A stretch of DNA of 64,000 bases from Parcubacteria group bacterium Greene0416_39 (GCA_007375675.1 VMEU01000003.1:8692-72691), one strand, 5' to 3'; shown: positions 1 through 9,752, numbered from the stretch's first letter. Program-made: numbers and translations. The notes: a model not told the origin generated them from the sequence alone.

Positions 1-969
1 TTTGGCGTTGGCATTCCACCCAGGGTTATTGGCAAAAAAATAGGGGAAACCATATATTCTTTGAATCTTTTGCCCATTGGAGCTTTTGTGAAGCTTTTAG
101 GGGAAGAAAAAAGCATGAAAGACCCCAGGAGCTTTAGCGAGAAATCCCTATTTCAGAAGGTTGTTATTGTGGCAGCAGGAGTTGTTGCCTTTTGGCTGTT
201 TTCTATCGTGACGTTTATGATCTTGGCAGCAAGTTCTGGCATTCCAATGGCAGTTGAAGATGAAACGACACAAAGAATATCAAATTCTCATGTTCAAGTT
301 GTGGGAATAGCTCCTGATTCTCCCGCAAAAGAGGCAGGTCTTAAACTTGGAGACAGGATTGTAGAAGTTGTCTCGCGAGAGGTAGACAAAGTAAGCGAGG
401 TGCAAGAGGCAACAGAAAAACTAAAAGGCAAGGAAGCAACTTTTACTATTCAAAGAGGAAAAGAAACATTACAAGTAAACCTTGTGCCAAGAGCAGATCC
501 TCCTGAAGGGGAAGGCCCTATGGGAGTGGCTTTGTCTCGGCAAGCTTTTGTGCACTATAGCTGGTATGAGGCGCCTGTTCAGGGTGTTGTAATAACAGCA
601 AGGGTGACCTGGGAGATAATTCAACAGCTTGGAGGCACGCTTGCAAGGGTGTTTGCAGGTAAGGGTCTTCCAGGAGGCATTGACGTTGCAGGGCCCATTG
701 GTATTGTGCAGATTCTTTCAGGTTCTCTTGCTTTGGGCCTGCCTTCTTATCTTTCGTTTCTTGCAACTCTTTCTATTTACCTTGCTTTGTTTAACATTCT
801 TCCCATTCCCGCAGTAGACGGCGGGAGATTGTTCTTTTTGGGTTTGGAGTTTTTGAGAAAGAAACCTCTTTCTGAAAAGTTTGAAGGCCGCGTAAACGCA
901 GTTTCTTTTGGCATTCTCATTTTCATCTTGCTCGCCGTCACCTTCCGCGACCTCACCAAACTCTTTTAG
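1..969 (+). CDS. rseP: RIP/RseP-like M50 site-2 metalloprotease with PDZ domain (5' partial)
   Basis: Frame open from base 1; GIAPDSPA..GLKLGD PDZ, GPIGI and NILPIPAVDGG motifs. Confidence 0.9.
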   Translation, partial: FGVGIPPRVIGKKIGETIYSLNLLPIGAFVKLLGEEKSMKDPRSFSEKSLFQKVVIVAAGVVAFWLFSIVTFMILAASSGIPMAVEDETTQRISNSHVQVVGIAPDSPAKEAGLKLGDRIVEVVSREVDKVSEVQEATEKLKGKEATFTIQRGKETLQVNLVPRADPPEGEGPMGVALSRQAFVHYSWYEAPVQGVVITARVTWEIIQQLGGTLARVFAGKGLPGGIDVAGPIGIVQILSGSLALGLPSYLSFLATLSIYLALFNILPIPAVDGGRLFFLGLEFLRKKPLSEKFEGRVNAVSFGILIFILLAVTFRDLTKLF

Positions 970-1073
970 TGCGTCATTCATTATACATACGTTTATCTAA
1001 GTAAGCAGCGTTTTTGCGCAAGAGTGGGTATGCCAGGCGTTGCGCTTACTTATTGAACTCGCACCACAAATTC

Positions 1074-1102
1074 TTGACATCTAAGACCGCATATGCTATA
1101 CT
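1074..1102 (+). promoter_or_regulatory. sigma70-type promoter
   Basis: TTGACA-17 bp-TATACT with TG extension. Confidence 0.7.
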
Positions 1103-1211
1103 ATAATCGTTAATCAAAGATTAACCCCGCTAAGGGATGCGCAAGCATCCCAGTGCGCCTCTTCCAGGGCGCAAGTCTACTGACAGAGCGGGAAAGCACA
1201 AGGAGGACACC

Positions 1212-1586
1212 ATGGAAGAACGCAGGTACATTCGTAACCTTGCCCGAAGCATGATAGGTCAGCTCCGCATCAAACCCTTGGACCTCGGTCAGTCCGGGGC
1301 TCACGGCCTGTATGCGAATAGGAACGAAGAGATTAAGGCCCTGCTTTGCCAGATGCGTCCGGAGAAGTTGGGGCAGATCGCCTCGTTCGGGAGGGCCTGG
1401 GGGGGAGACGTGTACGGCACCTCGCTGTATGGGGCGCACAACGCGACCTGGCTGTCCAAGCATGCGGATGGAATGACACTTCTCCGTGAGATCGCCTGTA
1501 CGGCGATCGTGGCGGAGATGGCGGACATCCTACGGCTCCGCATGGAGCTTGACGCACGCGTCAACACATCCGTATCTAGGGCCTGA
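1212..1586 (+). CDS. hypothetical protein (GC-rich single-gene cassette)
   Basis: AGGAGG at 1201 precedes ATG 1212; own promoter and downstream hairpin. Confidence 0.65.
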   Translation: MEERRYIRNLARSMIGQLRIKPLDLGQSGAHGLYANRNEEIKALLCQMRPEKLGQIASFGRAWGGDVYGTSLYGAHNATWLSKHADGMTLLREIACTAIVAEMADILRLRMELDARVNTSVSRA

Positions 1587-1607
1587 CCCTCCGTTCCGCG
1601 TCCAAGA

Positions 1608-1660
1608 CCCCCAGCACGAAGTTCTTCACCCGAAGTTCTTAGTGCTGGGGCTCTTCATTT
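1608..1660 (+). terminator. probable intrinsic terminator
   Basis: CCCCAGCAC...GTGCTGGGG stem followed by T-rich tract. Confidence 0.5.
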
Positions 1661-1722
1661 TGGGTGGGGTTTTGCGCCCCGGCTCTTTTGTTTTTGGGAA
1701 ATTTCATGTATAGTTGAGGAAC

Positions 1723-2970
1723 ATGAGGCAGTTTCAATTATTCACAAAGACTTCTCGGAATGCTCCCAAAGACGAGGAGAGCAAAAACGCAAAGCTGCTG
1801 ATCCAGGCAGGTTTTATTCGCAAGGAAATGGCAGGCGTGTATTCGTTTTTGCCTTTTGGCCTTCGGGTGCTGAACAAAATCATTGGCATTATTCGAGAGG
1901 AGATGAACGCAATTGGAGGTCAAGAGCTTTTGCTGACTACGCTTCAGGATCCGGAAGTATGGAAAAAGACCGGAAGGTGGGTGGAGGAAGAAGCAGATCC
2001 CCAGCATGGCCTTCCTTGGTTTAAAACAAAACTCGTGAACAAGGGAGAGCTTGGCCTTGCCAATACCCATGAGGAACCTTTGACCAATCTCATGCGAGAG
2101 CACGTTGCCTCATACCGTGACCTCCCCCGGTATGTGTACCAGTTTCAAACAAAGTTCAGAAACGAACTGCGAGCAAAGAGCGGGATTATGAGAACGAGAG
2201 AGTTTATTATGAAAGACCTATACTCGTTCAGCCGCAATGAAGAGGAATTCCGCGCGTTTTACGAGCAGTGCGCAGAGGCATACATGAAGATTTTTACTAG
2301 GGCGGGCATTGGGGAGCGCACATATCGCACATTTGCAAGCGGGGGTTCATTCAGCAAGTTTTCAGACGAGTTCCAAACTATATGCCAGGCCGGCGAAGAC
2401 ACCATTTACGTTGACAAGAAAAAGAATATTGCAGTGAACAAAGAAGTCTACAATGACGAAATTCTTATGGAGCTTGGCCTCAAGAAAAACGAAATGTCTG
2501 AAGAACGCGCCATAGAAGTTGGAAACATTTTCCCTTTGGGCACTAAGTTTTCTGTGCCGCTCGGCCTTACTTTTAAGACAGCGGAAGGAAGCGAAAAACC
2601 TGTCATTATGGGTTCTTACGGCATTGGGCCAGCCCGTCTCATGGGAACCGTAGTTGAGATGTTATCGGATGAGAAAGGAATTGTATGGCCTGAATCTATT
2701 GCGCCATTTTCTGTTCACCTTCTTGCACTTGAAGGAGGAGAGAAGGAAGCTAAAGCTCTCTACGAGAGGCTTGAAAAGCAAGGAATGGAAGTGTTATACG
2801 ATGACAGAACTGACAAAAGCTCAGGAGAAAAGCTTGTAGACGCAGACTTGTTGGGAATTCCAACAAGAATTGTTGTGAGCGCGAGAACCCTTGAACAGGG
2901 AAGCGTTGAAGTAAAAAAAAGAAATGAAGAAAAACACGAACTTGTAAAACTTGATGCGCTCACTCTTTAG
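1723..2970 (+). CDS. proS: prolyl-tRNA synthetase (short form, no INS editing domain)
   Basis: THEE, FRNELRAKSGIMRTREF, MGSYGIG motifs; C-terminal anticodon-binding domain. Confidence 0.95.
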   Translation: MRQFQLFTKTSRNAPKDEESKNAKLLIQAGFIRKEMAGVYSFLPFGLRVLNKIIGIIREEMNAIGGQELLLTTLQDPEVWKKTGRWVEEEADPQHGLPWFKTKLVNKGELGLANTHEEPLTNLMREHVASYRDLPRYVYQFQTKFRNELRAKSGIMRTREFIMKDLYSFSRNEEEFRAFYEQCAEAYMKIFTRAGIGERTYRTFASGGSFSKFSDEFQTICQAGEDTIYVDKKKNIAVNKEVYNDEILMELGLKKNEMSEERAIEVGNIFPLGTKFSVPLGLTFKTAEGSEKPVIMGSYGIGPARLMGTVVEMLSDEKGIVWPESIAPFSVHLLALEGGEKEAKALYERLEKQGMEVLYDDRTDKSSGEKLVDADLLGIPTRIVVSARTLEQGSVEVKKRNEEKHELVKLDALTL

Positions 2971-4015
2971 CAAAATTCTTTCGTATCTTGGCCAAGACAT
3001 TGCAATTGACCTTGGCACTGCAAACTCTCTTGTATACCTAAGAGGCCGCGGCATTGTCATTCAAGAGCCCTCGGTTGTTGCGGTGAATCAAAAAACCGGC
3101 CAGATTTTAGCTATTGGCCAGGAAGCAAAGAAAATGGTAGGCAGAACCCCTGCCCATATTGTGGCTACACGCCCCTTGAGAAAAGGAGTCATCTCTGACT
3201 TTGAAGTAACCGAGCAAATGCTCCGCTATTTCATACACAAGGTACAAAAGAAAAAGCTGCCTGTGAGCCCTGGGCCCAGAGTAATTGTTGGCATTCCCTT
3301 TGGAGTTACCGAAGTTGAGAAAAAAGCAGTGCGTGACGCGTCGCTCAACGCAGGAGCGCGGGAAGTCTATCTTATTGAGGAACCCATGGCAGCTGCCATT
3401 GGGGCGCGGCTTGCAGTGCAAGAGGCAGGAGGCAACTTTATTGTTGACATCGGAGGAGGAACCACCGAGGTTGCGGTGATATCTCTAGGAGGAATTGTGT
3501 TTGCAAAATCTTTGCGCATTGCAGGAGACAAGCTCAACGAAGATATCATTCACTACGCCCAAGAGCAGTTTAAGCTTCTCATTGGCGAGCGCACGGCAGA
3601 AGCAGTCAAGATAGGCATTGGGTCTGCGTTTCCCCTGAAAGAGAAAAAAGAAATGCCGCTGCGCGGGAGAAACGTGGTGACAGGCCTGCCTGAAGAAATC
3701 ATGGTGTCAGATGAAGACATCAGAAGAGCAATGGAACGTTCGGTGCGCCAGATTGTCAACGAAGTGAAGGCGGCTGTGGAAGCAACTCCGCCTGAGCTTT
3801 TGGCAGACATTATGGCAAGTGGTTTATATCTTTCAGGAGGAGGAGCACTGCTCCGCGGGCTTGATACCCTTATAGCAAAAGAAACAAAGATTCCCACGAA
3901 AGTGGTAGAAGACCCGCTCACTGCTGTGGCTCGCGGCGCAGGCCTTGTGTTGGAGAATTTAGATGAACTGGAAGAAGTATTGGTCGAGACAGAAGAACTA
4001 GAGCCACCTAGGTAA
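2954..4015 (+). CDS. mreB: rod shape-determining protein MreB
   Basis: IAIDLGTAN, EPSVVA, DIGGGTT, GGGALL. Confidence 0.97.
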   Translation: MRSLFSKILSYLGQDIAIDLGTANSLVYLRGRGIVIQEPSVVAVNQKTGQILAIGQEAKKMVGRTPAHIVATRPLRKGVISDFEVTEQMLRYFIHKVQKKKLPVSPGPRVIVGIPFGVTEVEKKAVRDASLNAGAREVYLIEEPMAAAIGARLAVQEAGGNFIVDIGGGTTEVAVISLGGIVFAKSLRIAGDKLNEDIIHYAQEQFKLLIGERTAEAVKIGIGSAFPLKEKKEMPLRGRNVVTGLPEEIMVSDEDIRRAMERSVRQIVNEVKAAVEATPPELLADIMASGLYLSGGGALLRGLDTLIAKETKIPTKVVEDPLTAVARGAGLVLENLDELEEVLVETEELEPPR

Positions 4016-4017
4016 AG

Positions 4018-4085
4018 CTACGAAATACGAAAAAATACGAATATACGAAAATTTCGTACATTCGTACAAAATTCGTAATTCGTAG
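4018..4085. repeat. imperfect palindrome of TACGAA(A/T)-type units
   Basis: CTACGAAATACGAA...TTCGTAATTCGTAG; half copy at 19159-19192. Confidence 0.7.
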
Positions 4086-4092
4086 AGAATTC

Positions 4093-4380
4093 ATGATTAC
4101 CAAAGAAGAGGTACAACATATTGCAAAACTTGCGAGGATAGAGCTTGCCGACGAAGAACTGAAGAAATTCCAAAAAGATTTCTCTCAGATTCTGGAGTTT
4201 TTTGAGACGCTCAAGGACGTTGACGTGTCAGACGAGAAATCCACGGCCTATTCCATCGCTCTTAACAACGTGACCAGAGATGACATATCAAGAAGAGAAA
4301 AACCGGAAGTAGTTGAAAAACTTATTCGTATGACGCCTCAAATAGAAGGAAATTATGTGAAAGTGCCCAAAGTATTATGA
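4093..4380 (+). CDS. gatC: Asp/Glu-tRNA amidotransferase subunit C
   Basis: MITKEEVQHIAKLARI, VKVPKVL; overlaps gatA. Confidence 0.95.
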   Translation: MITKEEVQHIAKLARIELADEELKKFQKDFSQILEFFETLKDVDVSDEKSTAYSIALNNVTRDDISRREKPEVVEKLIRMTPQIEGNYVKVPKVL

Positions 4381-5804
4381 CCATAGAAGAAATCAGAACA
4401 GGTCTTTTGAAAAAAGAATTTTCCGCCGTGGAGCTTGCAGAGCAGTATTTGGCGCGCATTCGGGAGAAAGACCAGGAACTCCACGCGTTTCTCAACGTGA
4501 CAGAAAAACTTGCCCTTGCACAAGCGCGTGAAATTGATGAGAAAATAGCCCGCCTGCCGGCGAGGCAGGCAACGGGAGAGGAATTACCTCCTTTAGCTGG
4601 AGTTCCGTGTTCTGTGAAAGATGCAATTTTAGTAGAGGGAGTTTTGTGCACGGCAGGTTCTCGTATGCTTGAAAACTATATTGCTCCGTATGACGCAACC
4701 GTGGTACAAAAGATAAAGAAGGCAGGAGCTCTTATTGTAGGCAAGACCAATATGGATGAGTTTGGCATGGGAAGTTCCACAGAGAATTCTGCGTTTGGGC
4801 CAACCAAGAATCCCTATGACCCAACTCGAGTGGCAGGCGGAAGTTCAGGAGGGTCTGCAGCGAGCGTAGCAACGGGGGAGTGCGCTGTTTCCCTGGGAGA
4901 GGATACCGGAGGGTCTATTCGTCTTCCCGCCTCTTTTTGCGGAGTTGTGGGGTTAAAACCTACCTACGGAGCAGTTTCTCGTTACGGGATTATTGCAATT
5001 GCTTCTTCTTTGGATCAGGTAGGGCCCATGGCAAAGACGGTAGAGGACTGCGAAACATTGTTCCATGTGATTCGCGGGAAAGACCCGATGGATTCTACGT
5101 CAGTGGAATCAAAAATTTCTAATGACGAATTTCTAATTTCTAAACTTCGGATCGGGGTTCCAAAAGAATACTTTGGAGAGGGATTAGATCCGCAGGTTGA
5201 GAAGGTTATCCGAGGAGCTATTGAAAAACTTGAACATGCTGGAGCAAAGATTATAGAAGTGAGCCTGCCGCATTGCTCGTACGCGTTGGCTGACTACTAT
5301 ATTATAAATATGTCTGAGATTTCTGCAAACCTTGCGCGGTATGACGGCATACGATACGGAGCCTCTGTTTCTGGGGGAAATCTTTTGGCAACGTATATGC
5401 GCTCGCGTGGAGAAAAACTTGGAGCTGAAGTGAAAAGGAGAATCATGCTGGGCACATATGCCTTGTCTGCAGGTTACTATGAGCAGTACTATGTAAAGGC
5501 TCAAAAGGTGCGAGCACTTTTACGAAAGGACTTTGACCAAGTATTTGAAAAAGTTGATGTGATCGCAGGTCCGGTGAGCCCGTTTCTTCCCTTCAAAATC
5601 GGGGAAAAGGTGGGAAACCCGCTCGCAATGTACCTTGTTGATATGTACACAGTAACCCTTAACTTGGCAGGCCTTCCAGGGTTATCTGTGCCCGCTGGAT
5701 CGGTACAAGGTCTCCCGGTAGGGCTTCAACTGATTGCCCCTGCATTTCAAGAGCAGACTCTTTTTGAAACAGGAAAAGCGTTTGAAAAAATTCGAACATT
5801 CTAA
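4377..5804 (+). CDS. gatA: Asp/Glu-tRNA amidotransferase subunit A
   Basis: GKTNMDEFGMGSSTENS, GGSSGGSA, DTGGSIR amidase signature. Confidence 0.97.
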   Translation: MTIEEIRTGLLKKEFSAVELAEQYLARIREKDQELHAFLNVTEKLALAQAREIDEKIARLPARQATGEELPPLAGVPCSVKDAILVEGVLCTAGSRMLENYIAPYDATVVQKIKKAGALIVGKTNMDEFGMGSSTENSAFGPTKNPYDPTRVAGGSSGGSAASVATGECAVSLGEDTGGSIRLPASFCGVVGLKPTYGAVSRYGIIAIASSLDQVGPMAKTVEDCETLFHVIRGKDPMDSTSVESKISNDEFLISKLRIGVPKEYFGEGLDPQVEKVIRGAIEKLEHAGAKIIEVSLPHCSYALADYYIINMSEISANLARYDGIRYGASVSGGNLLATYMRSRGEKLGAEVKRRIMLGTYALSAGYYEQYYVKAQKVRALLRKDFDQVFEKVDVIAGPVSPFLPFKIGEKVGNPLAMYLVDMYTVTLNLAGLPGLSVPAGSVQGLPVGLQLIAPAFQEQTLFETGKAFEKIRTF

Positions 5805-5821
5805 CATTCAAACATTATTAC

Positions 5822-6340
5822 ATGCCAGACATTTTTTACCTTTTTTCTCTGCTCGTATCTCCTGCCGTGCAAGATCACCTTTTAATCCCAAAGATCACCC
5901 TCGGCGCGCTAAGCGCAGTGCTTCTTGGGTTTATCGTATGGGCATTCTTTAATACGTCGTGGTTTCAGTATGCGTTTTTTACTGATCTGCGGGAGTTTCT
6001 TACGTTTCGTTCCTATGGGCTTCGCAAAATGATCGATAGGTGGCAGAAGACACTTGCAAGGTTGGAAACCGCCCAGGAAGCTGAATACAAACTCGCGGTT
6101 ATTGAAGCAGACGCCATGCTTGACGACGCCTTAAAAAGAATGGCCTTCCCCGGAGCAACGGTGGACGAGCGCTTGCAGAATCTTAGCGCAGCCATTGTTG
6201 CTAATGTGGAGGAAGTACAAAAAGCGCATGCCTTGCGAAATAACGTTGTGCATGACCCAAACTTTCGTTTGTCTTTAGACGAGGCAAGAAAAACCCTCTC
6301 TACATTTGAGAAAGCATTCCAGAGCCTTGATTTGATTTAG
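5822..6340 (+). CDS. hypothetical membrane-anchored protein
   Basis: 172-aa ORF, N-terminal TM, AVIEAD..LD and AH.LRN.VVHD motifs. Confidence 0.75.
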   Translation: MPDIFYLFSLLVSPAVQDHLLIPKITLGALSAVLLGFIVWAFFNTSWFQYAFFTDLREFLTFRSYGLRKMIDRWQKTLARLETAQEAEYKLAVIEADAMLDDALKRMAFPGATVDERLQNLSAAIVANVEEVQKAHALRNNVVHDPNFRLSLDEARKTLSTFEKAFQSLDLI

Positions 6341-6344
6341 TTTG

Positions 6345-6416
6345 TTGCGGGGGCCGGATTTGCACCGGCGATCTCAAGGTTATGGGCCTCGTATGCTACT
6401 GCTGCACCACCCCGCA
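6345..6416 (-). tRNA. tRNA-Met(CAT), initiator-like, divergent
   Basis: Cloverleaf TGCGGGG/CCCCGCA, anticodon loop CCCATAA; resembles tRNA-fMet. Confidence 0.85.
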
Positions 6417-6493
6417 TGAGTATTCTATCTCAAGCATAAAGGATTGTAAAGTCCTTGATGTAAGACTTATTTTCCTGTATATTCAACCTGTGT

Positions 6494-6570
6494 GCCGGCG
6501 TAGCTCAGTGGTTTAGAGCAGGGCCTTCATAAGGCCAAGGTCGGAGGTTCGATCCCTCCCGTCGGCACCA
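6494..6570 (+). tRNA. tRNA with CAT anticodon (elongator Met or Ile2)
   Basis: GCCGGCG/CGTCGGC acceptor, TTCATAA loop, GGTTCGATCC, encoded CCA. Confidence 0.9.
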
Positions 6571-6581
6571 AGAGAAATGAT

Positions 6582-7252
6582 ATGCCAATCCCTCGAACAA
6601 AAGATGAGACTTTCTTTAAGAGATGGACGCCAGAAATGGCTTACGTTCTGGGATTTATTACTGCGGATGGAGCTCTAATCAAAAATAAAAGAGGCGCAAA
6701 GTTTATAGAAATCCAATCGATAGATAAAGAATTGTTTATAAGATCCGAGAGGCACTACGATCAAATCTGGCGGTTGGAGAGTATCAACCAAAGCATCCGA
6801 ATCAAAATAAAAGATACCGACTCCAGATTGGTTCTAAACGGATGTATGCAGATTTATTGAAGCTTGGCCTTGTTGCTAGAAAAGCTTATCGAGTTCGAAT
6901 TCCAACAATTCCTTTTAATTATATAAGAGATTTTCTCCGTGGTTATTTTGATGGAGACGGAGGAGTATCCCTCTACCTATCTCATAAGAAAGATAGAAAA
7001 ACTCCTACAAGGGTACTATTGACCACATTCACAAGTTGTAGTAAGGGAATGCTTGACGATGTTGCTATAGTACTTTCTAAGGGAGGAGGTACTCGTTTGA
7101 AAATTTCTCAGAAGAAATGGGGTGACAATGCGTTTGAATTACGGTATAGTACTGTTGATAGTAGAAAGATCTATTACTTCCTTTATAGGAACCAGGATCA
7201 GTTATTTCTTAGAAGGAAAAAGATAGTTTTTGAGAAATATTTGCGGGCGTAG
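6582..7252 (+). pseudogene. LAGLIDADG endonuclease, frameshifted near 6730
   Basis: AYVLGFITADG and FLRGYFDGDG motifs in two overlapping frames that join after one base correction. Confidence 0.8.
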
Positions 7253-7317
7253 AGGAGTCTGGAGTCCTCGGATCCCTGTCACGGATCAAATCGTGGGTTC
7301 AAATCCCATCGCCCGCG
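7243..7317 (+). tRNA. tRNA-Asp(GTC)
   Basis: GCGGGCG/CGCCCGC acceptor, GATCC-CTGTCAC-GGATC anticodon arm. Confidence 0.9.
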
Positions 7318-7338
7318 CAGAAGATTTGGAATACAAGA

Positions 7339-7545
7339 ATGAGAGGTGATATGCAAATTATTCGCTGGTTCTTTCTAGGTATTGTGGTGGATGTAGTGTT
7401 GGTGGAGTATATAGGAGTATATCTCTGCATAAGAATTCCAGTCAGCATTGTCACAAAAAAGGATCCTAGTTCTTTTGAATTCCGATTTGCGCCTTGGATT
7501 GATCGTCTGCTTGGGTATCCAAGACCTCATGGCGGTTTTCGCTAA
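7339..7545 (+). CDS. small hypothetical membrane protein
   Basis: Hydrophobic ORF with GAGGTG SD-like site, followed by terminator at 7562-7590. Confidence 0.4.
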   Translation: MRGDMQIIRWFFLGIVVDVVLVEYIGVYLCIRIPVSIVTKKDPSSFEFRFAPWIDRLLGYPRPHGGFR

Positions 7546-7674
7546 CCATCTTGGGACAAGTCCGCTAGCCCCCCGTGCTAGCGGCTTTTATTTGACAAAA
7601 CCCAAGAGTTTCGATAAAAGAGTAGTAGCACCCTAACAACCGAAGGGTGAGTTTATACGAGGAAGGAGAGTGAT

Positions 7675-8397
7675 ATGCTCCAAGTTCCATCGGGCCGTGT
7701 CTTTGATGCATACGACGAACAAATGCTGAGGAAGTTTGTGCAGTATGGCTTTGTTCGCTGGAGCGAGGAACCTATAACTTTGAAGTCCGGAGTGCAAAGC
7801 CATGTCTATGTGTTCGGGAGGGAGGACCTTACCGACCACCCGGACCTGGAATGGCTTGTGGGGCGGAAGATTGCTGTCCTTGTGGCGGAGAATGCCCAGG
7901 AACGGTCAGACCTCAAACAGCAGTGCCTGATCGGCGTGCCGACAGCTGGCACGGCACTTGCCCAAGCAGGAAGCATGGTAAATTATATTCAGAAACGCCA
8001 CCTGGGAGGACCTTCTGCACTACGGGTTATCCATCGCATCATGCGAGAAGACCTGAAGATCCATGGGGCGCATCCTGACTGGGTGAACGGGAAGGCGCAG
8101 CCGGAGCTTCATACCTACTGGACAGTAGATAACGTAGTTACGGATGGCGGGTCCAAGCTGGAGACCCAGAATCGACTGCAGGAAAGCGGTTATCCCGTAG
8201 AGGATATGCCCTCTCTCGTGTTCGTGGACAGGCAGCAAGGCGGCATTGTCAACATGGAAAAAGCCGGATTCCGCAACATCGTTGTCGCCTATAACCTCCT
8301 AGATATCACCTTTGCCCTTGGTAAACTCGAGCTCTGGCCAAGGGACGCGGTGCAGGCCGTAGGGGAGGAAATCGAGGCACATCAGCTCATTTCATAG
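7675..8397 (+). CDS. orotate phosphoribosyltransferase-like PRTase
   Basis: ITLKSG..SHVY, GVPTAG, VDNVVTDGGS PRPP loop, VDRQQGG. Confidence 0.8.
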   Translation: MLQVPSGRVFDAYDEQMLRKFVQYGFVRWSEEPITLKSGVQSHVYVFGREDLTDHPDLEWLVGRKIAVLVAENAQERSDLKQQCLIGVPTAGTALAQAGSMVNYIQKRHLGGPSALRVIHRIMREDLKIHGAHPDWVNGKAQPELHTYWTVDNVVTDGGSKLETQNRLQESGYPVEDMPSLVFVDRQQGGIVNMEKAGFRNIVVAYNLLDITFALGKLELWPRDAVQAVGEEIEAHQLIS

Positions 8398-8426
8398 AGC
8401 AATAGAGTATGGGGAATCGTGCTCAG

Positions 8427-8460
8427 GCCGCCAGACACCTGTCCTGGCGGCTTTTTGTTT
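8427..8460 (+). terminator. intrinsic terminator
   Basis: GCCGCCAG...CTGGCGGC then TTTTTGTTT. Confidence 0.75.
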
Positions 8461-8623
8461 TCGTAAACTATCTTGTTATCATTGCCATAGCAGAATTAAC
8501 AAGATATCTCACAATTGTTGCTCGAGCATAAATAAAGAGAATTGGGGATATTTACCCCTGTGGAAAAGATGTCTCCAAAGGAGTTGATTTCCCCTTTATT
8601 TTAAGGTAAAATAGATAGGGCGT

Positions 8624-9751
8624 ATGAACATTGAGATCAGCTTAAAAGAAGAGCAGGAACTAAGAAAATTGCTCCAAAAAAGAGATGATCCGGAAGCCAA
8701 AAGAATGCTTCGGTTTTTGAATATGCCGGATTTATCGCGTACGCAAGGCAGTCCGATTGCGGCAATCATAGAACGGGTGAAAAAAGTGCCTGTGTTGAAA
8801 AACTTTGACGATATTACTATCCCCGAGATTGTTTCAACCCATGTTCTTTTCGATCTCTTCAATATGCCTCCCGGTCATCCGGCTCGCAGCACATCAGACT
8901 CTTATTATGTAGATGAGGGGCACATCCTGATAACCCACGACACCGTGATGTGGTATTTCTATCTGAACCACCCTGATATAAAGAAAAAGATCGAGCAGGG
9001 TGAAGACCTGGGGGTCATCTGCTACGCCAAAGTCTACCGCAAAGACGAAATAGACAGAGAGCACATGAACGTTTTCCATCAGTTTGGCGGACTGTATTTG
9101 GTGCGCGACGATAAAAAAACCTTGACCATTGAGGATTTGAAGAACGCCCTTACCGAGATAGCGCAGAGCATTTTTAACAAAGGCATAAAGATCCGCTTCA
9201 ACCCGGACAATTTTCCCTACACAGATCCCAGTTTAGAAATGGAGATTGAGATAAACGGTCAGTGGATCGAGATGCTAGGTTGTGGTATGGCCCGTAAAAG
9301 CGTTTTGGCCAATTTTGGTCTTACCGGATACCACGGCTGGGCGTTCGGCTTCGGGCTTGAACGCATGGCCATTGTCAGCATGCAGTTGCCTGATATTCGG
9401 CTGTTGTGGTCAGAGGATCCTCGGGTAAAAAAGCAGCTTACGCTAGACAATGTCTATATTCCAGTGAGCAAGTACCCTGCGATCACCCGGGACATATCTT
9501 TTGTCGTGGACAAAGATTTCGTGCCCAACAACTACTTTGACCTGATACGTGATATCGCAGGCGACCTGGCTGAGGAGGTTCAACTCATTGATACGTATGA
9601 AGACGCAGAGAAGTTTGGGTCTGGGGTAAGTTATACGTATCGAATAATATACCAAAGTACTGAAAAAACATTAACGAGTGCAGAGATTGACCTGCTCCAA
9701 GACCAACTATATAAACAGACAGCCAAACAATTTAGTGCTGTGTTTCGTTAA
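8624..9751 (+). CDS. pheS: phenylalanyl-tRNA synthetase, single-chain (alpha catalytic + FDX-ACB)
   Basis: HPARS..DSYY, VYRKDEID..H..VFHQ, FPYTDPS, GWAFGFGLER, DIRLLWS, then SKYPAITRDISF anticodon-binding domain. Confidence 0.9.
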   Translation: MNIEISLKEEQELRKLLQKRDDPEAKRMLRFLNMPDLSRTQGSPIAAIIERVKKVPVLKNFDDITIPEIVSTHVLFDLFNMPPGHPARSTSDSYYVDEGHILITHDTVMWYFYLNHPDIKKKIEQGEDLGVICYAKVYRKDEIDREHMNVFHQFGGLYLVRDDKKTLTIEDLKNALTEIAQSIFNKGIKIRFNPDNFPYTDPSLEMEIEINGQWIEMLGCGMARKSVLANFGLTGYHGWAFGFGLERMAIVSMQLPDIRLLWSEDPRVKKQLTLDNVYIPVSKYPAITRDISFVVDKDFVPNNYFDLIRDIAGDLAEEVQLIDTYEDAEKFGSGVSYTYRIIYQSTEKTLTSAEIDLLQDQLYKQTAKQFSAVFR

Positions 9752-9752
9752 A

